Positions 47,372-58,000 of a stretch of DNA of 64,000 nucleotides are shown here, one piece after another; positions within the stretch are counted from its first letter, which is position 1, and every line of letters starts with the position of its first letter. Origin of the DNA: Bacteroidales bacterium. Lineage in GTDB: Bacteria > Bacteroidota > Bacteroidia > Bacteroidales > UBA12077. The stretch covers positions 30,905 through 94,904 of the forward strand of contig JBFXEQ010000008.1 in the NCBI GenBank assembly GCA_050179935.1, read 5' to 3'. The notes under the pieces were generated by a model that saw only the letters and a list, made by a program, of their open reading frames with translations, searched no databases and was not told the origin of the DNA. The translations under genes and the position numbers were made by a program.

Positions 47372-48427
47372 ATGAACACAAAAAGAAATTTAATATTATC
47401 GATAAGTGCAGGATTATTAATCATTGCATCATCGTGCACAAAAAAGAATGACAAAGCTGAAACAGTTCAACAAACCGAAATAAAACAATCTGTTCCGGTA
47501 AAAACGATGATTGTAAAACATACAACAATTGATCGCGCCATTGATTATACAGCCTCATTAGCACCGTTCGAGGAAGTACATTTGGCTCCGTCAACACCCG
47601 GAAGAATTGAAAAGATAAATGTTGAAATAAGCGACCATGTTAGCAAAGGACAAGTAATTGCATTAATGGACAGAACAAATCTGGAACAAGCCAGAATAAA
47701 CCTAATGAAACTAGAAACAGATTATAAACGGTTAGATACATTAATGAAAACCAAGAGTATAGCCGAACAACAGTATGATCAGATAAAATCAGCATACGAA
47801 TTGGCACGAAACAGTTACCAGTTTTTACTTGAAAATACCCAGCTAAAAGCACCATTCTCAGGAGTTATTTCTGGAAAATATTTCGAAGATGGTGAAATAT
47901 ATTCAGGTGCTCCTAATACAGCAGTAGGTAAAGCCGCATTAGTATCCATTGTACAGATTAACCAACTAAAAGCCTTAATAGGTATTTCTGCTAGTTACTT
48001 TCCATATGTTTCTTTAGGAATGAAAGCTGATATTGTATCCGAAATTTATCCAGACCAATCGTTTATAGGCGAAATTTATAGGATTTATCCAACTATTGAT
48101 AATACAACAAAAACTTTTACTGTAGAAGTTCGGGTTCAGAATGACAACCTAAAACTTCGACCAGGAATGTTTTCGAAAATAAAACTTAAATTGGGTAAAG
48201 GAGAAGCAATCCTTGTTCCAACTATTGCATTAATTAAACAAACAGGAACAAACGACATGTATGTTTTTGTTAATAAAAATAATACAGCAATAAAACAACC
48301 TATTAAAATGGGTCGAATTATTGATGATAATACTGAAATTTTGGAAGGATTAAACGAAGGTGATGAGATTGTTATTGTAGGGCAAAATAAACTCGAAAAT
48401 CAAACTCCAATAACAATACATCAGTAA
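47372..48427 (+). CDS. Efflux RND periplasmic adaptor (membrane fusion protein)
   Basis: 351 aa. It has a lipoprotein signal (IASSC), then a biotinyl-lipoyl-like hairpin and beta-barrel segments typical of the HlyD/AcrA family. Confidence 0.85.
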   Translation: MNTKRNLILSISAGLLIIASSCTKKNDKAETVQQTEIKQSVPVKTMIVKHTTIDRAIDYTASLAPFEEVHLAPSTPGRIEKINVEISDHVSKGQVIALMDRTNLEQARINLMKLETDYKRLDTLMKTKSIAEQQYDQIKSAYELARNSYQFLLENTQLKAPFSGVISGKYFEDGEIYSGAPNTAVGKAALVSIVQINQLKALIGISASYFPYVSLGMKADIVSEIYPDQSFIGEIYRIYPTIDNTTKTFTVEVRVQNDNLKLRPGMFSKIKLKLGKGEAILVPTIALIKQTGTNDMYVFVNKNNTAIKQPIKMGRIIDDNTEILEGLNEGDEIVIVGQNKLENQTPITIHQ

Positions 48428-48471
48428 TTCAGTCTTTATTAAACAAAATTAATTGATAAAAAACCAATATT

Positions 48472-51400
48472 ATGAGTTTATATAGCACCGCAGTAAAAAA
48501 ACCCGTAAGTACGATCATGATTTTTATTGGAGTGATCATTTTCGGAATTTTTTCATATTTTCAATTACCGGTGGATTTTTTCCCAAAAATGGATCCGCCA
48601 TACATCTCTGTAATAACATTCTACTCTGGAGCCAACGCTGCTGATGTTGAGCAAAATATAACCCGTAAACTTGAAGATAGTTTCGGATCGTTAACCAACT
48701 TAAAAAATATGACCTCCACATCGAAAGATAATATTTCAGTTGTGATGTTAGAATTTGAGTGGGGAGCAAACCTCGATGAAGCTACCAATGAAGTTAGAGA
48801 TGCCGTTGGATTGGCAGAACGAAGCTTACCCGAAGAGGTTGAGAGTCCGACAATATTTAAAATAAGTACCAGTATGATTCCGGTTTTGATGTTCTCAATC
48901 ACATCTGAAGAAAGTTATGCAGGTATTAAGGATATTTTAGATGATAAGCTTATTCAACCATTAAACCGTATTGAAGGAGTTGGAAACATTATTCAAATGG
49001 GAGCTCCCATAAGAGCTATTATGGTTGATGTTGATCCCCGAAAATTAGATGCATATAACTTAACCGTTGAGCAGATTTCAGGAATTCTGGCAGCCAATAA
49101 TCTTAATGTACCTTCAGGTAACCTTGAAATGGGTAAATCTGATTTAGCTCTAAGGTTACAGGGAGAATTTATAAATAGCGATGTTGTTAGAAATATCATT
49201 ATAAGTAATATAAACGGTAAAACTGTATATCTTAAAGATATCGCAACGGTTCAGGATGGCCTAAAAGATGTTAAATCGTATGAACGATCGAATGGAGGAA
49301 AAAGTGTTCGTGTAATGATTCAAAAACAATCGGATGCCAATACGGTTACCGTTGCAAATAGTATTAAAGAAAAACTCGCAGAGATTGAAAAAAACTTGCC
49401 ATCCGATATTAAGGTTGAAGTACTTTTCGATTCATCTTTAAATACGGTCGATTCGATAAACAATCTTTCAGAGACATTATTGTATGCCCTGCTATTTGTG
49501 GTTATCGTAGTACTTTTTTTCTTAGGTAGATGGAGAGCCACTTTTATAGTTTCACTTTCAATTCCAATATCTCTTATTGTAGGTTTTATTTACATGTATT
49601 TATCGGGCGGAACCATAAATCTGATTACCCTTTCGTCCTTATCAATTGCAATTGGGATGGTTGTAGATGACTCTATCGTTGTACTCGAAAATATAACTAA
49701 AAAGTTTGAACGAGGAGGCTTTGCGCGCGAATCGTCAATTTATGGAACCAACGAAGTTAGTTTGGCTGTAATTGCTTCAACTCTTACTATTATAGCCGTT
49801 TTTCTTCCATTAACTATGTTAGGCGGAATGACAGGTATTCTTTTTAAACCACTTGGATGGGTAGTTACTATCACAATTGCAACATCAGTGATTGTTGCGT
49901 TAACTCTTGTTCCTATGCTATCATCAAAGATTTTACGAACTAAAAACCCTGCTAGAAATACAATTGGAGGAAAAATATACTGGTTCTCACAAGATCAGCT
50001 CGAGAAAATGGATAATATCTATGAAAAATCTCTTGCATGGTCCGTTAGTAATCGATGGACAACTATTATAATTGCTACGGTTATTTTTATTTCTTCCCTT
50101 TTTCTTATAAATGTTATTGGTACTGAATTTATGCCATCATCTGATAATGATCGAATTTCAGCTCAGGTAAAACTGGCCCAAGGAACTAACCTGGATGAAA
50201 CTATTTTGACTGCTCAATACCTCGATTCTGTTTTTATGGCAAAATACCCTGAAATTGAAATTATTTCGACAAGTGCAGGTTCGGGTGATGAAAACAGTAT
50301 GGCCGCTATCTTTTCAGAAACAGGTAATTACATTATTAATTACACTTTTAAAATGAAACCACGCGATAAACGCGAAAAAGATATCTTTCAGATTGCCAAT
50401 GAGATGCGAGGCGATATTGAAAAACGACCCGAAATTGAGAAATACTATGTTGATGCAGGAAGCTCACGTAGCTCTGGTGGAATGGGTATGGGAGGCGGAA
50501 GCGTGCTGGAGGTAAAGGTTTTCGGAAATGATTTCGACAAGACTAACATTCTTGCAGAACAAATTTCACAAGCATTAAATAAAATTGATGGAGCCAAAGA
50601 CGTTCTTGTTAGTCGCGATAAGGAAAAAACTGAACTTCAGTTGATCCTTGATAACGAGAAAATGACCTCATTTGGTTTAAATACTGCTTCAGTAGCTACT
50701 GCTATTCGTAACCGTATTACTGGGGTAACAGCAACTAAATACAAGGAAGACGGTAACGAATATGATGTTATTGTTCGGTATGATGAACAATTCAGACAAT
50801 CGACAGAAGATATTGAAAACATTAGTATTGCAACACCTTATGGAAAGATGATAAAACTAGGCGAAATAACTAAACTTAAAAGCTTTTACTCGCCACCAAA
50901 TATCGAAAGGGAAAATAAGGTTAGAGTTGTAACAGTATCATCTGCTATATCAGGTTCAGATTTGGGAACAGTAAAAACAGCTATTGAAGCAGCAGTATCA
51001 AAAATGGAGGTTCCAAGTGATGTTTCAATCGAATTTGGTGGAAGCGTTGAAGACATGCAGGAATCATTTAGTGATCTAATTTTACTAATCTTATTATCGC
51101 TTGTTTTAGTTTATATTGTTATGGCATCGCAATTCGAATCGCTTTCAGAACCGTTTATAATTATGTTTTCTATTCCCTTTGCGTTATCTGGCGTATTAAT
51201 AACCTTGTACATTTTTAGTTCAACCATAAATATCATCTCATTAATAGGTATTGTAATGCTTATAGGTATTGTAGTAAAAAATGGTATTGTTTTGGTTGAT
51301 TATACTAATCTTTTGGTTGACAAAGGCTACTCCTTGAGACAAGCGGTTATTGCTGCAGGCCGATCACGATTGCGACCCGTACTTATGACATCATTAACAA

Positions 51401-51594
51401 CCATATTGGCAATGATACCAATGATAGCAAGTACAGGTAGTGGATCTGAAATGTGGAAACCAATGGGTATTGCCATATTTGGGGGATTAACATTCTCTAC
51501 ACTTATCACTCTGATTCTAATACCTACAATTTACACCATTTTTGGAGTAGGAAAAATTAACAGAACGCGAAAAAAAGCAATAGCAAACCAATAA
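48472..51594 (+). CDS. Efflux RND permease (AcrB/HAE1-like)
   Basis: 1040 aa. It has the 12-TM, two-large-loop architecture and the conserved segments SIAIGMVVDDSIVVLENI and GIVVKNGIVLVDY. Confidence 0.9.
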   Translation: MSLYSTAVKKPVSTIMIFIGVIIFGIFSYFQLPVDFFPKMDPPYISVITFYSGANAADVEQNITRKLEDSFGSLTNLKNMTSTSKDNISVVMLEFEWGANLDEATNEVRDAVGLAERSLPEEVESPTIFKISTSMIPVLMFSITSEESYAGIKDILDDKLIQPLNRIEGVGNIIQMGAPIRAIMVDVDPRKLDAYNLTVEQISGILAANNLNVPSGNLEMGKSDLALRLQGEFINSDVVRNIIISNINGKTVYLKDIATVQDGLKDVKSYERSNGGKSVRVMIQKQSDANTVTVANSIKEKLAEIEKNLPSDIKVEVLFDSSLNTVDSINNLSETLLYALLFVVIVVLFFLGRWRATFIVSLSIPISLIVGFIYMYLSGGTINLITLSSLSIAIGMVVDDSIVVLENITKKFERGGFARESSIYGTNEVSLAVIASTLTIIAVFLPLTMLGGMTGILFKPLGWVVTITIATSVIVALTLVPMLSSKILRTKNPARNTIGGKIYWFSQDQLEKMDNIYEKSLAWSVSNRWTTIIIATVIFISSLFLINVIGTEFMPSSDNDRISAQVKLAQGTNLDETILTAQYLDSVFMAKYPEIEIISTSAGSGDENSMAAIFSETGNYIINYTFKMKPRDKREKDIFQIANEMRGDIEKRPEIEKYYVDAGSSRSSGGMGMGGGSVLEVKVFGNDFDKTNILAEQISQALNKIDGAKDVLVSRDKEKTELQLILDNEKMTSFGLNTASVATAIRNRITGVTATKYKEDGNEYDVIVRYDEQFRQSTEDIENISIATPYGKMIKLGEITKLKSFYSPPNIERENKVRVVTVSSAISGSDLGTVKTAIEAAVSKMEVPSDVSIEFGGSVEDMQESFSDLILLILLSLVLVYIVMASQFESLSEPFIIMFSIPFALSGVLITLYIFSSTINIISLIGIVMLIGIVVKNGIVLVDYTNLLVDKGYSLRQAVIAAGRSRLRPVLMTSLTTILAMIPMIASTGSGSEMWKPMGIAIFGGLTFSTLITLILIPTIYTIFGVGKINRTRKKAIANQ

Positions 51595-51604
51595 AACAAT
51601 TCGA

Positions 51605-51898
51605 ATGAAAGCAGTATTTATATCATATAATCAATCGCTAACCGAAATGGTTCAGTTAGTATTGAATAAGCACGGAATTAAAGGTTATACCCAATGGACA
51701 GATATTAAAGGTACCGGATCAGTAAAAGGTGAGCCTCATGAAGGCTCACATACCTGGCCCGAACTAAATAATGCTCATTTAACAATTGTTGATGACGCAA
51801 AAGTATCACCATTGCTCGAAAGTCTTGAGAATCTGAATAAAGAAGTCGAAAAGCATGGCTTAAGAGCATTCGTTTGGAATGTCGAAAAAACGGTATAA
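51605..51898 (+). CDS. Small cytoplasmic protein trailing the RND pump (PII-like / transporter-associated; tentative)
   Basis: 97-aa ORF starting 10 nt after the pump gene. It resembles small proteins that I recall following Bacteroidota RND operons. Family assignment is not verified. Confidence 0.45.
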   Translation: MKAVFISYNQSLTEMVQLVLNKHGIKGYTQWTDIKGTGSVKGEPHEGSHTWPELNNAHLTIVDDAKVSPLLESLENLNKEVEKHGLRAFVWNVEKTV

Positions 51899-51942
51899 CA
51901 AATTCATAAATAAATTTTATAGGTTTTAATCAACACCAATCA

Positions 51943-51979
51943 GCTTAATCACGATCCCACAAATTGATCGTGATTAAGC
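51943..51979. promoter_or_regulatory. Perfect 14-bp palindrome (terminator hairpin or TetR operator)
   Basis: GCTTAATCACGATC (51943-51956), a 9-nt spacer, then GATCGTGATTAAGC (51966-51979). It ends 13 nt before the tetR ATG. No T-run follows, so an operator role is at least as likely as termination. Confidence 0.5.
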
Positions 51980-51992
51980 AATTTACAAAACT

Positions 51993-52600
51993 ATGAATGA
52001 GTTATTAATCAGAATCTCCAATCTGTTCAGAAAATATGGTGTAAAAAGCATTACCATGGATGATATTGCTAATAACCTTGGTATATCGAAAAAAACATTG
52101 TACCAATATTTTAAGAATAAAACAGATCTGGTAAACAAAACGGCTCAATTTGAAACTGAACTGGAATTTGAAGAAATTAATAACCTGCAAAATAGTTATG
52201 AAAATGCACTTGAACAACTTATTGCCATAAGTAATCAATTAGTCAAGAAAAGCTGTAGAATAAATTCCTCAGTGCTTTATAGTTTAAACAAATACTATCC
52301 TTTGATTTTAGAAGAAGTAAGAAGCAAGCGGAAAGCTTTTATTATTAATTTTTAAAAAACAATTTTGAACTAGGCATAAAACAAGGTATTTATAAGCCAA
52401 CCCTAAGTTCTGATCATATTCAGGCATTTTACATTTACTTATTTGATCAAAGAGGTATCGAAATTTATAGTGATTGGTTAAATGAAGATTTCGACAATCG
52501 TTTTAACGAGTTGATAAAATATCATCTGCGCGCAATCGTCAATATAAACAAAATAGATTGGATTGAAAAAGACAAATTTTTACTTGATAAAAAACTATGA
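51993..52600 (+). pseudogene. TetR/AcrR-family regulator interrupted by a frameshift in a T5A6 homopolymer run
   Basis: Frame 1 (51993-52355) encodes the HTH segment VKSITMDDIANNLGISKKTLYQYFKNKTDLV and stops at TAA 52353. The shifted frame continues from 52349 as FLKNNFELGIKQGIYKP...KYHLRAIVNI...LDKKL to TGA 52600. One extra T in tttttaaaaaa (52349-52359) would restore a ~202-aa protein. Confidence 0.7.
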
Positions 52601-52760
52601 ATCAACCATTTTATATCTTTCAAATAATTCGATTTATTATAAACTTCCAATAATTAGTAAAAGATTCAGACTTTGCTTTAGTAATATTTTTATGGTTTTG
52701 AATAGTCCGTTACTTTTATTTAATTTAGCGCAAAAATTAATAAAAACGGTACTAGAAAAC

Positions 52761-53447
52761 ATGTGTAATAAATCTCTAATACTTGCGATTAAATCTCAAC
52801 CCGAAATAAATCCTGCTAAGTACAGATTTTTTATACTATTATTCGTACTTTTTTTTATTAGCTCCTGCACAAATCCATATAAAAATCTTGTAAAAACCGA
52901 ATACCCAGCTAATAATATTAAAATAATTCCTTTTGCTTTACCTCATTCAGAAAAAACAATAATTTACAAAGCAGACATCAATTTCTATAAAAATAACTTT
53001 GGTGGTTTGCTGGTTATCAAAAAAATTGCCGATAAAAATTATAGATTAGCTCTAACCACTCAGTTTGGACTAAAAATTTTTGATTTTGAACTGAACCAAG
53101 GCAAACTAACCGTTGTTTTCTGTATCGATCAACTTAATAAAGAGTTAATAATTAAAACATTTGAAGAGGATTTTAGCTTGTTACTTTTGCAACATGATTT
53201 TGAAAAACTAATTGAACTTAACAACCCTGAAACAAAGCAAAAAATTTGGGAGCTGAAATCAGGCAAAATGAGTACTTATTATATTCAGAACAACGAATCA
53301 ACATCCATTGACAACATAAGCAAAAGAAAGCGAAATTCTGAAAAAATATCAGTAGGTTTGCATAAATATAATAACGATTTGCCGGGAGAAATAAACCTGG
53401 AGCATCGCAATATAAAACTGAAAATGAATTTAAAACTTTTACAATAA
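52761..53447 (+). CDS. Lipoprotein (possibly DUF3261-like, as in aryl-polyene export modules)
   Basis: The start is set at the ATG 52761 (MCNKS...KYRFFILLFVLFFISSC, with lipobox). The ORF-track start 52563 is a TTG overlapping the tetR 3' end. The DUF3261 assignment rests on position, size and lipoprotein nature only. Confidence 0.55.
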   Translation: MCNKSLILAIKSQPEINPAKYRFFILLFVLFFISSCTNPYKNLVKTEYPANNIKIIPFALPHSEKTIIYKADINFYKNNFGGLLVIKKIADKNYRLALTTQFGLKIFDFELNQGKLTVVFCIDQLNKELIIKTFEEDFSLLLLQHDFEKLIELNNPETKQKIWELKSGKMSTYYIQNNESTSIDNISKRKRNSEKISVGLHKYNNDLPGEINLEHRNIKLKMNLKLLQ

Positions 53448-53819
53448 ATGCTATTAAAAGATTTTTATAAGATACTTGAAATAACTACAAAAGATAACGA
53501 AAACATAACCGTTTTAGTTGAGTTAAATAAAAATCACGAGGTTTACAAAGGTCATTTTCCTGGGAATGCTGTAGTACCAGGCGTTTGTCTTACTCAATTG
53601 ATTAAAGAATCGATGGAGGCTATCGAAAAAAAAAATCTAATGCTCGTATATGCCGATTATATTAAGTTTATGGCAATCGTTAATCCCGAGATAAACAATA
53701 AACTTTATATTGATCTCAAGATAAAAGTAAAAGAAGATAACATCAAACAAGTTACCAGCGAAACCCATTTTAATGGAACTGTTTTTTACAAATTTAAAGG
53801 CGATTTTAAAGCAAAATAA
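53448..53819 (+). CDS. FabA/FabZ-like 3-hydroxyacyl-ACP dehydratase (DH-2)
   Basis: 123 aa. HFPGNAVVPGVCLTQLIKES is the catalytic His-Pro-Gly hotdog motif. Confidence 0.75.
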   Translation: MLLKDFYKILEITTKDNENITVLVELNKNHEVYKGHFPGNAVVPGVCLTQLIKESMEAIEKKNLMLVYADYIKFMAIVNPEINNKLYIDLKIKVKEDNIKQVTSETHFNGTVFYKFKGDFKAK

Positions 53820-53827
53820 AGAATTGT

Positions 53828-55039
53828 ATGGTTGATACTGCGGGGAAATATAAGGAAATATTTGAACAAAAAAAGTGTTGTGTAATTATTCCTACGTATA
53901 ATAACGAAAAAACACTTGCTGCAGTTATTAATGGAGTTTTAAACTACACAAATCAGGTTATTGTTGTAAATGATGGTTCTACTGATTCTACATCAAATAT
54001 TCTGTCATCCTTTACTAATTTAGATATTGTAAGTTACCCTAAAAACAAAGGAAAAGGTTATGCTCTTCGCAAAGGACTCCGATTTGCCTGGGAAAAAGGA
54101 TTTAAGTATGCAATAACTATTGATTCCGATGGTCAGCATGATGTAACCGATCTTCCAAAATTTATTGAAAAACTCGATGAATCGCCAAATGCAATAATTA
54201 TTGGTAGTCGAAATATGGATCAGTCGAGTGTTCCGGGAAAAAGCAGTTTTGGGCATAAATTCTCGAATTTTTGGTTTCGGTTTGAAACTGGAATTGATGC
54301 CCCTGACACCCAATCTGGATTCAGGCTTTACCCACTTGAGTCTCTTAGCAAAATGATCTTTTTTACCCGAAAATATGAGTTTGAGATTGAAGTAATAGTG
54401 CGTGCTGCATGGAAAGGTGTTGAGGTAACATCAGTTCCAATTCAGGTATATTATGCTCCCAAAGAAACCAGGGTTTCGCATTTTAGACCATTCAGAGATT
54501 TTACAAGAGTTAGTATTCTTAATACCATACTTGTGTTTTATGCATTGCTAATTGTTAAGCCTTTTAAATTTGTTCGAAGCATTAACAAAAAGAACATTCA
54601 GGAATTTTACCAAAAACAGGTCTTACAAAACGAAGAACCAAATCACAAGATTACCTTTGCTCTTATGCTTGGATTATTTATGGGTGTTGCGCCTGTTTGG
54701 GGTTACCAAATGATAATCGCTTTTGGACTGGCACACCTTCTAAAACTGAATAAAGTTTTGGTTATTGTAGCTTCAAACATAAGTATTCCGCCAATGATCC
54801 CAATCATATTGTTCGCAAGTTTTAAAACCGGTGGTCTTTTTATGGATGCAAATAAATTAACCTTACAATACTCATCGGGAATTAATCTTGAAATGATTAA
54901 AGATAATTTACTCCAGTATCTTATTGGAAGTCTTGCCTTTGGAGTAATTTTAGCTATCACGATGGGATTAATATCTTACATTTTGTTATCTTTATTCAGA
55001 AAGAAAAACCAATTGCAGGAAGAATTGGTTAAACAATAG
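53828..55039 (+). CDS. Family-2 glycosyltransferase fused to a C-terminal multi-TM (DUF2062-like) domain
   Basis: 403 aa. It has VIIPTYNNEKTL...VVNDGSTDST and DSDGQH (DxD), and the C-terminal ~130 aa form TM helices. Confidence 0.8.
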   Translation: MVDTAGKYKEIFEQKKCCVIIPTYNNEKTLAAVINGVLNYTNQVIVVNDGSTDSTSNILSSFTNLDIVSYPKNKGKGYALRKGLRFAWEKGFKYAITIDSDGQHDVTDLPKFIEKLDESPNAIIIGSRNMDQSSVPGKSSFGHKFSNFWFRFETGIDAPDTQSGFRLYPLESLSKMIFFTRKYEFEIEVIVRAAWKGVEVTSVPIQVYYAPKETRVSHFRPFRDFTRVSILNTILVFYALLIVKPFKFVRSINKKNIQEFYQKQVLQNEEPNHKITFALMLGLFMGVAPVWGYQMIIAFGLAHLLKLNKVLVIVASNISIPPMIPIILFASFKTGGLFMDANKLTLQYSSGINLEMIKDNLLQYLIGSLAFGVILAITMGLISYILLSLFRKKNQLQEELVKQ

Positions 55040-55049
55040 CCCTATAATT

Positions 55050-58000
55050 ATGTCCGAAATTATAACATCCCTTTTCGACAGGATCCAAAAATCAAGAATT
55101 ATATTTATCCTTTTAATGCTAGGCATTTTAGGACTTTCGGTTTTTTTTGCTTCGAAAATCCGGTTTGAGGAAGATATAACAAAAATGTTGCCTTCGGATA
55201 AGCAAATTGCCAAAATAAACTTGGTTTCTCAGAATCTTAATTTTGCCGACAAACTAATTGTAAGTCTATCATTATCTGATACTAATTCATTAGCTGCTCC
55301 CGAAAAACTAATTAACATTGCTGATCAGTTATATAACGGATTAACAGCGCTTCAACCAGATTATGTTTCTGAAATCACTTATTCTGTTTCAGAAAATGTT
55401 ATCTCCGATTTGTACGATATTTACCTAAACAACCTTCCTGTTTTTCTCGATAAGGATGATTACATCAAAATTGATAGTTTGCTTAGCCAATCTGCAATTG
55501 ATAATGCTATAAAAAACAATTACAAAACGCTTATTTCACCTGCCAGCATGGTAATGAAACAGTTTGTAGTTAAGGATCCACTTCATTTAACACCTATTGC
55601 ATTAAACCGACTGAGTTCATTTCAAGTTGATGAAAACCATACTATTTACCAAGGAAAAGTATTTACAAAAGATCATAAAAACCTGACATTATTTTTAACC
55701 ACTACTTATCCATCATCCGAAACAAATAAAAACGGGGTTCTAATTCAAAAGCTGGATCAAATAATTGACAGTTTGAATGTTAGTTATCAGAATGAATATA
55801 AAATTCAATACTATGGAGCAGCTGCTGTTGCAGTAGGTAATGCAAACAGAATAAAAACAGATATTTCGGTAACCCTTTCTATTGCTATCATTGGATTAAT
55901 TATATTTTTAAGTTTGTTTTTCAGAAAAAAGAGTATTTTCTTTTTAATCTTTCTTCCTGCCCTACTCGGTGGCACTGTAGCTGTTGCAGCAATGTTTTTA
56001 ATAAAAGGGAAAGTATCAGTAATTTCGCTGGCTTTTGGTTCTGTGTTATTAGGTATTACGGTTGATTTCTCCTTACATCTGTTTGCTCATTTAAAAAGTA
56101 TTGGATCGATCAGAAAAGTAATAAAAGATATTGCCCTTCCGGTAATGGTAAGTAGTTCGACAACTGCATTTGCATTTCTCTGTTTGCTTTTTGTTAGTTC
56201 GCGTGCATTGCAAGATATGGGTTTATTTGCAGCTATTGCAGTTTTTCTTGCAGCACTTTTTTCAATTACTGTATTGCCCCAACTTATCAGATACAATCCA
56301 AATGACAATTACGAGCGACCTCCCAAAAACTATATCGAAAGGTTTACCTCCTATCAATTTGAGAAAAACAAATATGTGTTGTTTTTTATCGTTGCATTTA
56401 CTGTTGTCTCATTATTTTTTACAAGTAAACCTACTTTCGAAAATGAATTAGACAATATGAATTACATGTCCGATAAGCTAAAACAAGCTGAAAAAAACTT
56501 AAACAAAACATCGCAAGTAACTTTAAAATCTGTGTACCTGGTTTCGTATGGCACGAATCTACAGGAAGCACTCGAAAACTCAGAAAAAACGCTACCAACG
56601 CTCGACTCGCTTAAACAACAAAAAATCATCAATCAATATACCTCTGTTAGCTCCATTCTTATTTCAGAATCTCTTCAAAAAGAAAGAATTGATCGATGGA
56701 ATAATTTTTGGACACAAGAGAAGAAGAACGAAATCAGAAACAACATTATTAAGTCAGGATTAGAGGTTAAATTTAAACAAGATGCTTTTAACTCTTTTTT
56801 CGAACTGTTGGATAAAGATTTTCAGCCTATTCAAATAGATCAGTTGGGTAATTTATATCCTTTATTTGTCAAAGATTACGTTACGATACATGACAGCATT
56901 ACTACCGTTGTAAATATTCTTAAGACCGAAGAAAACCTAAAACCTACAGTTTATAGCTCGTTCGAAAATCAGGAGAATAACATTGTCTTCGATAAAAAAT
57001 ACATGACAAACAGTTTAGTAAAAGCACTAAAAGACGATTTAAGCTTACTTGTAAACCTTTCATTGTTAGTTGTTTTTGCTATCCTTTTATTATCATTCGG
57101 TCGAATTGAACTTGCCATAATTACAATAATCCCAATGATAATAAGCTGGATCTGGACTTTGGGAATAATGGGGATGTTTAATATTCATTTTACCATCTTT
57201 AACATTGTAATTTCCACATTTATCTTCGGGTTAGGCGATGATTACAGTATTTTCATTATGCGTGGCCTCTTGCAAGAGTATAAATATGGCGAGAAGAACG
57301 TTGAATCATTTAAAACATCTATTTTATTATCGGTTATTACAACATTGGTCGGAATTGGAGTGCTAATTTTTGCTAAACATCCGGCACTAAGATCAATAGC
57401 ATTGCTTTCAATTATAGGAATTGTTTCAGTAATTGTAATTTCTTACACTTTAATTCCATTTATTGTAAATCACTTTTTGCTTACACGAAAAAATAAGGCT
57501 AAAGTAGCCTACTCGTTACAAGAAGTAATAAATTCGAGTATTGCCTGGACAATTTTTATCGGAACGTCCATTCTTGTTACAATTTTTGGGTTTATACTAT
57601 TTAAAGTATTGCGGTTAAAAAATAATTGGGCAAAAATAATATTCAATAAATCGATTGTTGCTTCTTCTGCCTTTTTGTTTTATGGAATGTTCAATATTCG
57701 TAAAAAAATAATAAATCCAACAAAAGAAAAACTTAAGAAACCAGCCATTGTCATTTGCAACCATCAATCGCATATCGATTTGGTATATAACCTGCAGATT
57801 TCGTCAAAGCTTATTGTTTTAACTAATGATTGGGTTCAGAATAGCAAAATATATGGCAAGATTGTTCAGATGGCCGATTTTTACCCAGTTTCTGAAGGAT
57901 ATGAAAATCTTTTACCCAGACTTCGCGAAAAGGTGAACGAAGGATATTCAATCCTGGTATATCCTGAAGGAACAAGGTCTGCAGATTTAAAGATGAAACG

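Noticed and set aside
45350-52600. The efflux insertion as a mobile element or genomic island.
   Set aside because: I could see no transposase, integrase, recombinase, tRNA attachment site or flanking direct or inverted repeats. The composition looks the same as the surrounding DNA. Only the synteny argument remains, and that is reported as a finding.
52563-52760. 66-codon N-terminal extension of the lipoprotein ORF (track start 52563).
   Set aside because: It starts at a TTG and overlaps the 3' end of the frameshifted tetR reading frame. The ATG at 52761 yields a proper signal peptide with lipobox FFISSC.
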